The translations under genes were made by a program, and so were the position numbers. The notes beneath the pieces were generated by a model. That model was not told the origin of the DNA. It made no database searches and saw nothing but the letters and a program-made list of their open reading frames with translations. From Octopus sinensis (Eukaryota), in the NCBI RefSeq assembly GCF_006345805.1, contig NC_042998.1, positions 45,384,001 through 45,448,000 of the forward strand: 64,000 nucleotides of DNA, read 5' to 3'. Below, one piece after another: positions 10,906 to 24,019 of this stretch. Position 1 is the first letter of the stretch. The number at the start of each line of letters is the position of its first letter.

Positions 10906-11539
10906 GTAAGTCTTCTGTTTAATTATTGATATAAATCTATAATCAACAAATAAAAGAAACCAGGAAAGATTACCTGTACACACTTGTGGTAGGTGACACA
11001 TGCAAAGCAATGAACAAACTGTATGACTTTTAATTCTTAACCTGAAATTTCACTTTACTACTCTTTGTTACATATTTCTGTCAAATGAGAAATTTTAAAA
11101 ATAGTCATAACAAAGGAGATTGTGAGAGCAACAGCAAATGAATACTATCTGTGACCAGATGGTACTTTTAACTTAGCCTTGGCCTGTTCTTCTGCCTGCT
11201 GAAATCTCTCATCTCATTTGGTCAACAATAACTCATCATTTAACGTCTGCTTTCCATGCTGGCATGGGTTAGATGGTTTGACTGGAACTGGTAAGCCGGA
11301 GGTTTGCACCAGGTTCCAGTTTGATTTGGCATGGTTTCTACAGCTGGATGCCTTTCCTAATGGCCACCACTCTAAGAGTGCAATGGGTACTTTTTATGTT
11401 TTGCCAGTCATCCACTATTCTTGGGAAGGTCATGGGGATAGAGTTCTCTGGTACCTCCTCCAAAGGTTCCTGTCAGAAATAACTGTCATTAAACTTTCCA
11501 GCTGGATTCCAAAATATGACCAATAGAGACTATGGATGT

Positions 11540-12060
11540 TACCCAACTACTTCACTTGTGGTCTGCCCTTAGGTCCCCTGCCAGTTGGCTCTGCTTGGAT
11601 AATTTGTTCTGTGATCCTTTCCTGCAACATTCTATCCACAAATCTGTAGTACCAGAGCAGTGACCTCTCAATATGGAGAAGCAGCAGCTCAACTTGGAGA
11701 AACTCCCCTATCCCTGAGTTATGCACCCTGTTGAGTAATGTTATTCCTGAGATCCTTCAGAGGAACTATATGTTGGCTACTTGTATTCACAATCATATTC
11801 TTTCAGTCATTAGGTGAGGATCGGCATGAAAACCAAACTGAAAATAGGGAGTTTGGCTTTTTTGCTAGATTCTCCTTTTTTAAGATTAAATGCTGAAGCT
11901 GGTGCATTACAGTACCAGAACCTACAATTCTAGTATCCAATTTAGCCTCCTGCCTCCCATCACTCATAAATACAGCTCCAAGATACTTAAACTTCCCCAC
12001 TTTCCTCAGTGACATTTGACTAACATACAGAGTGCATTGGTAAGACTTTCTTGAATAGGC
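11540..12060 (-). mobile_element. Degenerate RTE-clade LINE fragment
   Basis: ORF 11803-12015 reads VGKFKYLGAVFMSDGRQEAKLDTRI, typical of RTE RT domain 7 and downstream; frameshifted. Confidence 0.65.
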
Positions 12061-12434
12061 CAGAACATAAAAGATCCGATTTTTGCCATAATTTATATAT
12101 GCAGACTTTAAATCTTCAGTTGCCTAAGTGTTTGGCAGCTGAATTTTCTTCTATGATTATCTTAAAATACATCTCATTTTTTTATTATTTTTTAATCAAA
12201 ATAGGAAAATAGTAATATAAATCTTATTTCTAATGGAAGCAATTTGTTCCAAACCAGCAAATTACTTTAATGAACATACAGGACTTCAGCTTACATCCTA
12301 AACTTATCCTGTACTTTATATTTAATTATACATTTTTTTATTCCACTCACAGCCAAGCAATGGGAAGCATGCATGCACACACATACACACACAGCAACAT
12401 TATTATTAATCTCATATTATACTTTTCTCTGCAG

Positions 12435-12529
12435 ATACCTCTGACCTTCCGTCCAGCAAGGAAGCTAGTGTGGATCTGATAAAATTGGACGTTTCTCGCA
12501 CCTTTCCACAATTCTGTATCTTCCAGAAA
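12435..12529 (+). CDS. TBC1D14: TBC1D12/14-like exon carrying the arginine finger
   Basis: ctgcag| ... |gtaagt. Translates (N)TSDLPSSKEASVDLIKLDVSRTFPQFCIFQK; IKLDVSRT is the IxxDxxR motif. Confidence 0.96.
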
Positions 12530-12840
12530 GTAAGTATTTATCATTTAAAGTTTGCCATCATATATCAAATCAATGACATCTAGATTCTCCCAATTCCCCT
12601 TCACTTGATCCTTTGAACACTGAGCACTGTTTCACTGACACACTGGGTTCCTGAGGTAATATCAAATAATTCAATCACAACATATATTTAAATTAAACAC
12701 ACAAAAAAATTAAAATATTATCATCACTTACATGGAAAAATTGAAATATTATCTTTCAGTATTTTATAAGGTAAAATCTTAAATTATTAATTGACACATT
12801 AATAATTATCTTACAACAGCAATGCCAGGAAAAATCATGG

Positions 12841-13361
12841 ATTACATGGAAAAATGCAAGCATGAAAAGTCATATTCTTAAGATTATAAACCTGGAAAAG
12901 TACAGGACAAGTTATTACACCTGTAAAAGTATAGGACAAGCTATTACTTCTAGTAAAGTAAAGAATAAAAAACTTTTTACTTAAAATAGTGCAGCTAAAA
13001 TTAAAATTTGAATATTAAAACTTATTTTGTTATAGTTTACAAATAACACTATACTTATGTAAGTAGAATTTGGCTAATTTACTACCTTAAATACAGAAAA
13101 AAGTGACTAATTAGACAAACTTACAAATTAGCTGAACAGTTTTGTACAATAAATTTAAAAGATGAGAACTGTAAAGAGTGATAAATTAGAAGAACTGGCA
13201 TTCTTTGCTGCAATATTTTAAGTAAAAGGTTTCTTATTCTTTACTTTACTAGAAGTAATAGCTTGTCCTATACTTTCACAGGTGTAATAACTTGTCCTGT
13301 ACTTTTCCAGGTTTATAATCTTAAGAATATGACTTTTCATGCTCACATTTTTCCATGTAAT
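12841..13361. mobile_element. MITE/fold-back element with about 150-bp near-perfect terminal inverted repeats
   Basis: ATTACATGGAAAAATG...GAAAAGTCATATTCTTAAGATTATAAACCTGGAAAAGTACAGGACAAG is mirrored at 13215-13361. Confidence 0.85.
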
Positions 13362-13615
13362 GTATATATGTGTGTATGTATGTGTATGTACATACATATG
13401 CACTCTCTCCTATCTCTCCCTCCTCCTCCTCTCTCTTGCATGCACACATTAATGATTATATGATGGGAGAGAGTGTCACATATGGAATTTAATGCAACAG
13501 AAAAACAAAGGCATATTCAAAGTAGAAACTTTCTTCTAATATAAGCTTTGTGCAATAAGTGCCTTGTCCGTTCCATATTCATTCATGATGTATAAAATTA
13601 TTTTCTTATTTGTAG

Positions 13616-13687
13616 GGTGGACCATATCATGATCTTTTACACAGTCTTTTAGGAGCCTATGCTTGCTATCGACCCGATGTTGGTTAT
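13616..13687 (+). CDS. TBC1D14: TBC1D12/14-like exon
   Basis: ttgtag| ... |gtaagt, 72 nt, phase 0/0. Translates [24 protein letters not shown]. Confidence 0.96.
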
Positions 13688-14039
13688 GTAAGTTTACATC
13701 TGTTTCTGTTATCTTTTACTTGTTTCTATCATTGGATTCTGGTCCTGCTGGGGCACCGCCTTGAAGAATTTTAGCTGATGAATTGATCCCCTGTACTTAT
13801 TCTATTGATCTCATTTGCCAAGCTGCTAAGTTGCAGGGATATAAATACACCACCACCAGTTGTCAAGCAGTGGTTGAGGAGAGACACTAATACACACAAA
13901 CACACACACACACACACAATTAAGATAGTACTTTCTTACTTCCTGGGAGCAAGGTAAAGCCCTCTTTACAAATTAGTAAGCATTCAAATTTTAGTTTCTT
14001 ATATTTAAAAGTTTAAAATGCTGCCATAGCATTCATTCA

Positions 14040-14259
14040 CCCTTTAGCATTCAAATTATTCTGTCAACTGTAATGCTTATTTATTCACATTATTTTGAAT
14101 TAATCATGCATTATCTTGTACCTTCAAAATTTCAATGAAGTGATTGTTTATTTTTAGAATGACATTGTAGGATAGTTCTGGGAGGCTGGATCTGGCCAAT
14201 TTGAATATAAAACAGATAGAATATTTGGCCTGGATGTTGCCAGTTTAAATGCTAATGGG
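14040..14259. mobile_element. piggyBac-like MITE (CCCTTTAGCATT...AATGCTAAAGGG family)
   Basis: CCC/GGG termini with TTAA on the right. Other copies near 18140, 28700, 44740, 47700, 48431, 52510 and 54357. Confidence 0.65.
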
Positions 14260-15663
14260 TTAAGTATTCTTTTAGTGGATGCATGTAGCTTAGTGGTTAG
14301 GATGTTGGACTCCTGATCATAAGATTGTGGTTTTAATTCCCGAACCGAGTGACATGCTGTGTTCTCGAGCAAAATGCTTCATTTCACATTGCTCCAGTCC
14401 AGTCAGCTATGAAAAATAGTCATCCTGCGACAGACTGGTGTCCCGTCCAGGTGGGGAATATATGTGCCATGAAACCAGGAGACTGGCCTTTATGAGTTGG
14501 TATGACTCGAAAAGGTAACTTTACCTTTTTTTTTTTTTTACCCTTTTTACTTTTTTAAGTATTCTTTTAATTGATTTGTACTACATCTCTCCTTCTTCGT
14601 CACAGGGTCCACTCAGCTGGCAAAAATGAGTAGCACCTGTGTTTCAGAGGTCCAACCTTGTCACATTCTGTGTCATGCTGAATCTCACTGAGAACTGCAT
14701 CAAGGGTACATGTGTCTGTGGAGTGCTCAACCACTGACAGAATGCCAGTTTATCACGGGTTGGCTCCAAAACAAAAAAACACAATAATAGATTCACTGAC
14801 ATCAAACTTGTGGCCCACAACAGCAAAGCTTCCACCATAATATAATTTCTTGATCATTTCTACTTTTACCTGTAGAGAATACATTCAACTGTATCATTTG
14901 TTAGGTTTAGGTGCTTTCATATTTTTACTGTTCATTGGTTTTATGTTGATAGATATGAGTACATAAATTCTTATAAAAAAAATACACAGCCTCATAGCAT
15001 GGGTATGTAAACATAAGCAATAATCAGCACAGTCTGAGTAGCTGAGTACTGTGGATGGTTGCTCGGGCACATGCTATCCCAGATCCATCCATGAGTGCAA
15101 CATGGTTCAAAATTGAACGCACTGTATTCCCAATCAGTGATGAAGCTGTTCAAGAATTTGAACCTGGTGATCTCCATTTCCAGCAACTTCGAGGGCCACC
15201 TCCCAGTGGTGTCAGGCATCAACGAAGAGCCCTCGACTACAAGATGGCCAAATTTTTTTTTTCCAAGGTCTGGGGTCTCCTGCCCCTAAGCCCTAGACCA
15301 TCACCTAATCACCCTTACCTGTCTTGTTGCTTAACAACAACAACAATCAGTGATGAATGAGTCAGTGGCTACATCAATAAAAAATAAAGATAAAAAAAAG
15401 TATTAATGAAGTATCAAGGTCATAGGACACTGTCATTATAAAATAAAATGTCACTAAAATGACTTTATTACTGGATAAACTTGTTCGACATACAGTCTTG
15501 TGCCAACTTAAATAACTTTTGGCTACTTCCTTCAAATGTTCACACATTATTCACCTGCATGCAACTGATGAAACTGAAGTAATTAGAACAAGAATACAAT
15601 GCAACAACAGCTTAATTTTATCTCTAATGACCGTTATTTTTTTATTTTTATTTCTATTGACAG

Positions 15664-15792
15664 GTTCAAGGAATGTCTTTCTTGGCAGCTGTGTTGCTGT
15701 TGAACATGGAGGTGGCTGATGCGTTTATCTGTTTTGCAAATCTTTTGAATGGTCCCTGCCAGGTTGCTTTCTTCCGTGTTGATGAAGGAATG
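15664..15792 (+). CDS. TBC1D14: TBC1D12/14-like exon completing the glutamine finger
   Basis: tgacag| ... |gtgagt. Translates [43 protein letters not shown]; the Y|VQG junction forms the YxQ motif. Confidence 0.96.
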
Positions 15793-17505
15793 GTGAGTAA
15801 AAAAAATTTTTTTTTTTTTGTAAATTCCTTTACAACTGGGGGAGAGTACTAGTTGATTACATTGACCCCAATGTTCAACTGGTATTTATTTTACAGACTC
15901 TGAAAAGATGTTTGCTCGAAGGTCGTTGCCAGTGCTGCTGGACTGGCTCCTGTACAGGTGGCACATAAAAAACTGTAGAAACTCTGCCAGATCAGATTGG
16001 AGCCTGGTGCAGCCATCTGGTTCGCCAGTACTCAGTCAAATCGTCCAACCCATGCTAGCATGGAAAGTGGACATTAAACGATGATTTATTTTTATTGATG
16101 AAAGACAAAGTCAACCTCAGCAGAATTTTAACTCACTGCATAAAGTTGGATGAAATGCCACTAAATATTTTATCTTATTTCTTTACTGCTCACAAGGGGC
16201 TATACACAGAGGGGACAAACAAGGACAGACAAACAGATTAAGTCAATTATATCGACCCCAGTGCGTAACTAGTACTTATTTAATTGACCCCGAAAGGATA
16301 AAAGGCAAAGTCAAGCTCGGCAGAATTTGAACACAGAATATAGCGGCAGACGAAATACCGCTAAGCATTTCGCCCGGCATGCTAATGTTTCTGCCAGTTC
16401 GCCACCTTCACTAAATATTTTATCGGGCATGCTAATGATTCTGCTATCTCACCACCTTTTTGTTTCTTTTAATAATAATAAAAACATTTTTTATTTGTTT
16501 ATTTGTGTGTTTTTCTTCCCCTTGATGCTTTCTTTGTCTCTAATTGGCCGTTACTGAAAGTCAGTAGTGATTGTCCTACAAGTGAATATGTTTTAGATTT
16601 TTCAAGGCAGGCTAACTGCTGTGTTGTGTGAGAGTCAGTAAATATTTTGGCCAAAAGAGATCTCAAAAATCACTCTTGCATTTCTCTCTGTATTGACTGA
16701 GAATTATCCCTCCAAGAATCATTCTCTACAGATATTAGACTAGAAACATTGAGTCAACATAGAAAAAAAAACAACTGTATCAATGAAATTTAGTTTTCTC
16801 TATGGAGAAAAAAATGTTTTACAGTTACTTCCATTTTATAAAGTACTGACATATCAGAATGGAATAGAGTACTGTTGCCCATTACTAGCATAACAAAAAC
16901 AGGCACTTGATTTAATTATCTATTCTTCACTTTTTTTTTGATATTATTATCATCATCATTTAACATCCATTGTCCATGTTGGCATGGGTTGGATGGTTTC
17001 ACCAGAGCTGAAAAGCTGCACCAGGCTCCAGTCTGATTTGGCATGGTTTCTATGACTGGATGCCCTTCCTAATGCCAACCACTTTACAGAGTGTGTTGGG
17101 TACTTTTACATGGCACCACACAAGTGCTATTACATGACAGTGGCACAAGTATGTTTTATGTGGCACCAGCACAGGACTCTTGCAGGCCAATCCTCTTCAC
17201 CAGGGGGAGCAGCAGGAAAAAAAAAGATAAAGAAAGAAAAGGAAAAAAAAGGTGGGGTTGGATAAAGCAGCAGAAGATGTAGGCAGGAGCAATGGGCCAC
17301 ATATCCCAGAGCAAATGGTGTGCTCAGCCATTCTCTGCAGTAATGACTGTGATGGCATTGCCACAAAGAATGGCGAGCAACACTTACTGCAGCAGCCACT
17401 CCACCTCGTGGGTCTCATTTCTTCAACGGTCCACCACAAAAATATCCAGTCCTGAACTCCTATTACATTTTCCTTCTTTTTTACTGCTACTATATCTACC
17501 TGTGA

Positions 17506-17837
17506 AGGCGCATGGCTCAGTGGTTAGAGCATCGAGCTTACAATCGGGAGGTTGTGAGATCGAATCTCAGACCAGGCTGCATGTTGTGCTCTTGAGCAAG
17601 ACACTTTATTTCACATTGCTCCAGTTCACTCAGCTGTAGAAATGAGTTGCGATGTCACAGGTGCCAAGCAGTATCGGCCTTTGCCTTTCCATTGGATAAC
17701 ACTGGTGGCATGGAGAAGGGAGGCCAGTATGCATGGGCGACTGCTGGTCTTCCATAAACAGCCTTGCCCAGACATGTGCCTGGGAGGGTAACTTTCTAGG
17801 TGCAGTCCCATGGTCAGTCATGACCAAAGGGAGTCTC
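17506..17837 (+). mobile_element. tRNA-derived SINE with a Deu/CORE-like central motif
   Basis: A-box TGGCTCAGTGG, B-box GATCGAATC, then CTTGAGCAAGACACTTTATTTCACATTGCTCCAGTTCACTCAGCTGTAGAAATGAG. No tRNA acceptor stem, so not a tRNA gene. Confidence 0.7.
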
Positions 17838-18965
17838 AGCCTCAGCAACTACCTATAGACTCTTGAGAGTCTCTGCAGCTTGCAATAATCCTTTTTACCT
17901 CTTTCCACTTGTCATTCTTTTCTTAATGTTTGCATTTCTATCGACACCATTGGATGCAGCCTAGCCAAATAGTTAAGAAATCCACTTCACAATCACAAGA
18001 TGTCCAAATTTGATCTCACTGCATCTCATCTTGGGCGAATGTCTTTTGCCATAGTATCAGGTCAGCCCAATCCTTCTGAGTGAAATTGGGTAGAGCAAAC
18101 TGTGCTGGATCCTATTAGATAGATTGTACTTATAATTTAACCCTTTAGCATTCAGATTACTCTATCAAATGTAATGCTTAGTTATTATTTTTGAATTAAC
18201 GATACATTCTCTTATAGCTTTGAGATTTTATTAATATGATTGCATACTTTTAGAACGACATTGTAAAGTAGGTGTGAAAGGTCAAATCTAGCCAGTTTGA
18301 ATATAAAACAAGTAGAATATTTAAGTCTGATATGACTGGCCATGTTACACTGGTTCTGCCTGAAGATTACAATAAGGGTACTTATGTCTGTGGAATATTC
18401 AGCCACTTACATGCTAATTCAATGTACACATAGCTCTCAGTTGATCAAATACTGTATTCTCATCATTGAATTTAATAGATATTCATTTAGTCATAGAGGC
18501 CATTAAATGCATCTTTCTTGGCATTTCAGCTCCTTGATTCTTATTATCTATGTATACTGTATTTTCTGGAATACAAGTCAGCATAGCATATAGTGTGAAC
18601 ATGTGGTGTAAACATTCAAACATCATTGCTATCTTTCCAAGACTTCTGCATTCCACATGGAATTTTTGGTCCTCTAAAATCATTTTTGTGTATAAGTCAT
18701 CTTTACCTTTTTTATGGCTGTAAATTTTGGTCTGAAAAATTTAACTTGTATGCCAAAAATTATGGTAAGTTTTCATAAAGTTAATTGTTTTAAATACGTC
18801 TTGATATTCAACCAACAAAAATCAGTTATGATGACCATCTCCTGGCAGGAGATATCTTGTAGAGACTGCTTTTGTTCCTTATTGCGCCAAATACAAACAA
18901 TTCTCGATGTTTGCTCTGTGAATATTCTTTAACCCTTTTTTTCTCCATTTTCCTTTTCTTTTTAG

Positions 18966-19075
18966 ATGAAGTCTTATTTTGATACTTATGATGAGTTCCT
19001 ATTGGAAAATATGCCCCAACTCCACCATCATTTTGGAAGACAGAACTTGACACCCGACATTTACATTATAGATTG
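18966..19075 (+). CDS. TBC1D14: TBC1D12/14-like exon
   Basis: ttttag| ... |gtaagt. Translates MKSYFDTYDEFLLENMPQLHHHFGRQNLTPDIYIID(W). Confidence 0.95.
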
Positions 19076-21444
19076 GTAAGTTACCGTTATTTAAAGAGAT
19101 CTTTGTTTACCTTTATATTTCCATGTGTCACCAGAAGCATATGCTGCCACCAACTATATAAAGTTTAATTGATACTGAAATTGTCAACATGTTAGGAAAG
19201 CAATCGAAGCATTCAATGTAAGATGCTTTTTAGCAGGGATCCTTAACAACTAAACCTTGGATCATTTGGTACCAGGTTGCACAAAAAGAATCAATTTTTT
19301 TTATTTTATTTCTATTTTATTGATTATTGCAGTCTACAGGGTGTTTTATTTTGAAAAATTACCACTTCTGTCTGTGGCGTAGCTAATAGGGAAGCAAAAT
19401 GAGGAACTGCTCCTCCCAAGCACATTTTTCAAAATTGGCACCATTACAACCATTATTTTTTTTATATTCTTTTGTTACTTATATCAGTAGTTGTAAGTTT
19501 CTTACATTATAACATTGTTACTGAAACAGGAAATTAATGAATGTAGAATACAATTACGTATATTATAACTAATGAAATATTTCATGTGATATAAGAGAAA
19601 TGAGTTAAAAATGATTTGATATGTGTCAATGCACCGTTTTTTTTATGTGCTCCCTTCCCCTAACTTTAGAACCTGGCTATGTCTCTGGTCTGTGCCTCTT
19701 TTTCACACTTGTCTAAGTCAAAGTTTTTGCAAGCACCAATAAATTAAGCCCACAAGCTAAATGAACCTATAATATGAGTGCTAAATTCTTGGTCCATGCA
19801 AAAAAGATTGGGGACCACTGCTTTACTGTATTGAGGAAAGGTCTCTGCCAAGTAAGAAAAAAATATTATTCAGCTAACTACAAAATAAAAATGTTAAAAT
19901 ACAAAAGAATCAAAAGCTTATTAAACATAATTCTACATTCAGAATTATTTCTGATGAAGAATAAAGAAATTTGGTAGATTGTTCACCTGCCTAAGGTGAA
20001 CAACCTATAAGGTCTATAATAGTTAATCTTAAGTGTCACAGCAAAATACTTGATTAAAACTAAAGCTTGATACCAATAAAGTTTTTAAAAAATAGTCAAC
20101 ATGGCTGTGTGGTTAAGTTCACATTGCAACCACATGGTTTCAGGTTCAATACCTTGTGAGTGAATTTAGTTGACAGAAACTCTGTAGAAGTCTGTCTTGT
20201 GTGTTTGCAGCTTTATATTTGTCTCTTCTCATCACTTAGGTAACCAGTGTGAGTTTATTTGTATCCCTGTAACTTAGCAGTTCAGCCAGAAGGAACTGAT
20301 AAAAGAAGTACCAGGCTTAAAATATGTACTGAGGTTGAATTGGTCAACTAAACCCTTCAAGGCTATACCCTATCATAAGTGCAGTCCAATGACTGATACA
20401 AAATAATAAAAATCTAAAGAATTGGTGTACCATAAGAAGAAAATGCTAACGTTTCAATAGAGCCCTTTGGAAAACAAAGAATACTGCTTTATTTTCCTGT
20501 AAGGAATTTTTTTCAAATAGTTAATATTGATATTTCCCTGCATTAAAGACTAAGAAATATCTGTTTGCACTGTTCTTTACTATTGTAATAACTAAAACCA
20601 CAACACAAATAGGCTTTGATTAAATTCAGTCTTGAGATATAATTATATGTCTCCAATTTCTTTCACTTTGGTACACAGCAACAGAATGCTTTTTTGTTGA
20701 GTAATTGGATCTGTCTTGTTTTCCATTCATCCAATTTTTGATTCTCTTTATTGCTATCAATTACATTTCTTTCATTGTTGTACTATATTTACAATTCTAT
20801 TTTACTGACCATAAGCATTGTAATTTTCTCTAAATTGTTATAGAGGCAGCCATGGCTGTGTGGTTAAGAAGCTTGCTTCCCAGCCATGTGGTCTTGGGTT
20901 CAGTCCTACTGTGTTACACCTTGGCCAAGTGTCTTCTACTATAGCCCCTGAAAGAAGTGTGTCATATATATATATATAATAATCCATGGATGGAATTTAT
21001 AAATATTTTAATTTCCACACATCACATTTTTCTTACGATCATAGTTTGTATTCCTCTGATGATTACAGTACAGTCTGTAGTGTACATGGACATCTGGTGG
21101 ATCAGTCGACCCCAATAAAATGCTATTGTCAGTTGATAACATTATCCGGCATAATAAAATCCTATTTTATTATGCATATTCATAAACGAACTTAAATGAT
21201 GTGTGTGTACCCTTGTTTAGATATCTCACGATGGTTGTAAAGAAGCATTATTTCATACAAGCAAAGTTGTTTGTTTTCCAGTCTTTTGTGAAAAACATAT
21301 CTAGTTATGGGAAAATATCACCTTGCTTCAAAACAGGTGATGGTTAGTGACAGGAAGGGCATGTAGCCATAGAAAATCTGCATCAACAAATTCCATCTGA
21401 CACCCGCAAGCATAGAAAAGTGGTCATTAAATGATGATGTTGTA

Positions 21445-22665
21445 TTGGGTTGGCATGAAAGTAATTTTGGTTTTTTAGTGTGAAATAAAAATCCTTTTTT
21501 CTTCATACAAAGAATGAACTTTAATTAGTTATACATTTTCCATTTTGTTCAATGACCTTTTGCCATCTTTTTGGTAACTTCATGATTCTGCGCTTATAGA
21601 ACTTCTGGTCCTTATCAGCCAAAAACTAAAGCAAGTGCGATTTCAGGTCATCGTCATTATTGAAAGTTTTACCATTCAAAGAATTTTGCAAACTTCAAAA
21701 TAAATGGTAATCAGGGCTATATGGTGGATGTGACATTGCTTCCCAAACAAGCTCCAGTAATTTTTCATGAGTTAGCAAAGACGTGTGTGGTCTAGCATTG
21801 TCATGGTTAAGCATGATTCCTTTATGATTTGCCAATTCTGACCATTTTTCTTTGATTGCTTCCTCCAGTTTCATTAGTCGTTGACAGTAAACATCTGAAT
21901 TGATTGTTTGGTTCCTTGGAAGCAGCTCAAAATACAGAACACCTTTGTAATCCCACCAAATTGACAGCATGACCTTTCTTTGATGCAATTCAGCTTTCGC
22001 TGTGGTCTGTTCTGGTTCATTATGCTTGGACCAGGATCGTTTTTCGATTGATGTTATTGTAGACAATCCATTTTTCATCACCACTGATGATTCATTTCAA
22101 AAAAGGTCACTTTCATTGTGTTTGAGATGCATATCACAAATATTGATTCATTTTAAGTGAATCCCTTTCAATTTATGTGGAACCCAAATATCGAGCTTCT
22201 TAACGAGGCTAAGATGTTTTAAGTGATTTTTAATTGTTGTGTGTGATACATTTAACCTCTCTGCAATCTCTCACACAGTTATATGATAATCAGATTCAAT
22301 TATGGTTTTGATTTGGTCATCATCAACTTCAGTTGGTCATCTTTGAGTGAAAAATCTCTAGAATGGAATTTTTTAAACCATTTCTAACGTATCTGTTCTG
22401 TTAAGCAATCAACACCATAAACTTCATATATCTCTTTGTGAGCCTCAGCAGCTTTCTTGCTTTTACAGAAATAAAAAAGCAAAATATGGTGAAAATGTTT
22501 TTTTTGCACTCTGTGTTAAAATTAACTCTGAACTAACAGCTGTAAACAAAATTACTTGCAATTTGCTTCTAAAGTAAGCTAAAAGTAACGGCTATCAAAA
22601 GTCAAAAAAAAAAATCACAACATTGAAAAAAGTCATTCAAAAAAATTACTTACTTGCCAACCCAA
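21445..22665 (-). mobile_element. Near full-length, inactivated mariner (Tc1/mariner DD34D) transposon
   Basis: TA|TTGGGTTGGCA...TGCCAACCCAA|TA inverted termini with TA target duplication. Transposase remnants: GDEKW (frameshifted), KVMLSIWWDYKGVLYFELL, HDNARPH and HPPYSPDYHLF (DLAPS deleted). Confidence 0.9.
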
Positions 22666-22704
22666 TATAATATATATATATTTTTTTTTTTTTTCTTTTT
22701 CTAG

Positions 22705-22808
22705 GATATTTACAATATTTAGCAGATCCTTACCCCTTGATGTTGCATGCAGAGTTTGGGATGTTTTTTGCCGAGATGGAGAAGAATTTTTATTCAGAAC
22801 TGCCTTGG
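22705..22808 (+). CDS. TBC1D14: TBC1D12/14-like exon
   Basis: poly-T...ctag| ... |gtgagt. Translates [34 protein letters not shown](G). Confidence 0.96.
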
Positions 22809-23244
22809 GTGAGTAATTTTCACTTTTGTGTAAATCAAGATATAGACCAGTATGGTGTATGGGAATAGTTTTTTGAAGTCAGGATCCAGTTTATCTTTGT
22901 GACATGGTCTAATCACTTCATTAGAATTCTCTTAATTTCTCTTTGTTCCTCTTTTATCTAAATATACACCTATGACTGGCACTCCATCAATTACAATGAC
23001 ACTGACAAAATTCTGTGCTGAATCTAACGGTTTTTGTGTGTTTCTTAAATGGCTTATAAACACCTTCCATGCTGCAATTGCTTTCGTTCCAGCACACGAT
23101 CTCAGATCAGGTCACTTGCTATACAAGTACATCTCCGTAATAAATATTACCTTTTATTAAAATATACTAATGCTAACACTGGAATTTAGTGTGACTTAAA
23201 ACCTCCAGTATATATTGTACTTTCCTTTCTCAAAAGTTTTTATT

Positions 23245-23733
23245 TGTTATTATCATTTGCCATATTTTGAACGCCTTACTTCCCTGGGCATGGATATATT
23301 GAAACTCCGACGTCTGACTTGACAGACACCCATAAAATTATTAACCATCTTACAAACTATAAATCTGAGCACCTTTTCAAACTCCATCAGTCTAACACCC
23401 ATGGACATGTTTACAAAGTCAGAAAACAGCACAGCTCCCATGACTTTCGGAAACATTTTTTCACGCTAAGAGTTGCTGAAGCATGGAACAAACTGCCAGC
23501 ATCAGTTGTTAGTTGTCGGAGCACTGCATCTTTCAAAACTTCCATGCTTCCTGAGATTCGCCAACACTACACCTGATTTTCTCCCCTCCATACACACACA
23601 AGCATGTATCTGACTCACACTGTTCACTTTCCAGACATCTGTACATTACTGCATATGCTTTATACCCACTTTTGATAAGTTGTGGTGCATCTGAGCACTG
23701 TATACAATAATTTCATTATTATTATATTATTAT
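23245..23733 (+). mobile_element. 5'-truncated CR1/L2-group LINE 3' end
   Basis: THGHVYKVRKQHSSHDFRKHFFTLRVAEAWNKLPASVV is the typical CR1 ORF2 C-terminus; followed by a 3' UTR and (ATT)n tail. Confidence 0.8.
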
Positions 23734-23816
23734 CAAGGACTGTGATAGTACATAATATTTCAGTTTTCAAATCTTTATTTTCATTTTTATCCAACTGTAT
23801 TTTTTAATTATTTCAG

Positions 23817-24019
23817 GGATCTTACACCTCTACCAAAATCTTCTTCTTGAAATGGATTTCATCCATCTTGCCCAGTTCCTTACCAAATTGCCAGAGGATA
23901 TATCTTCAGACCAATTGTTTCGCAGTGTCCAAGCAATTCGGTTGTCTATTGATAAAAAGAAATTTGCTCAAGTACTTGCTGGACATCGAGAAGCAAGAGA
24001 GCGATCAGACTACTTTTGA
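23817..24019 (+). CDS. TBC1D14: TBC1D12/14-like terminal coding exon
   Basis: tttcag| acceptor. Translates [66 protein letters not shown], with TGA at 24017-24019. Confidence 0.95.

Noticed and set aside
15751-15753. Gly in LLNGPCQ where vertebrate TBC1D12/14 have Lys (from recall)
   Set aside because: A single substitution away from the catalytic fingers; it is genomically encoded, so not an editing signature.
17506-17580. Possible tRNA gene
   Set aside because: A and B boxes are present, but there is no acceptor-stem pairing and it continues into a SINE body.
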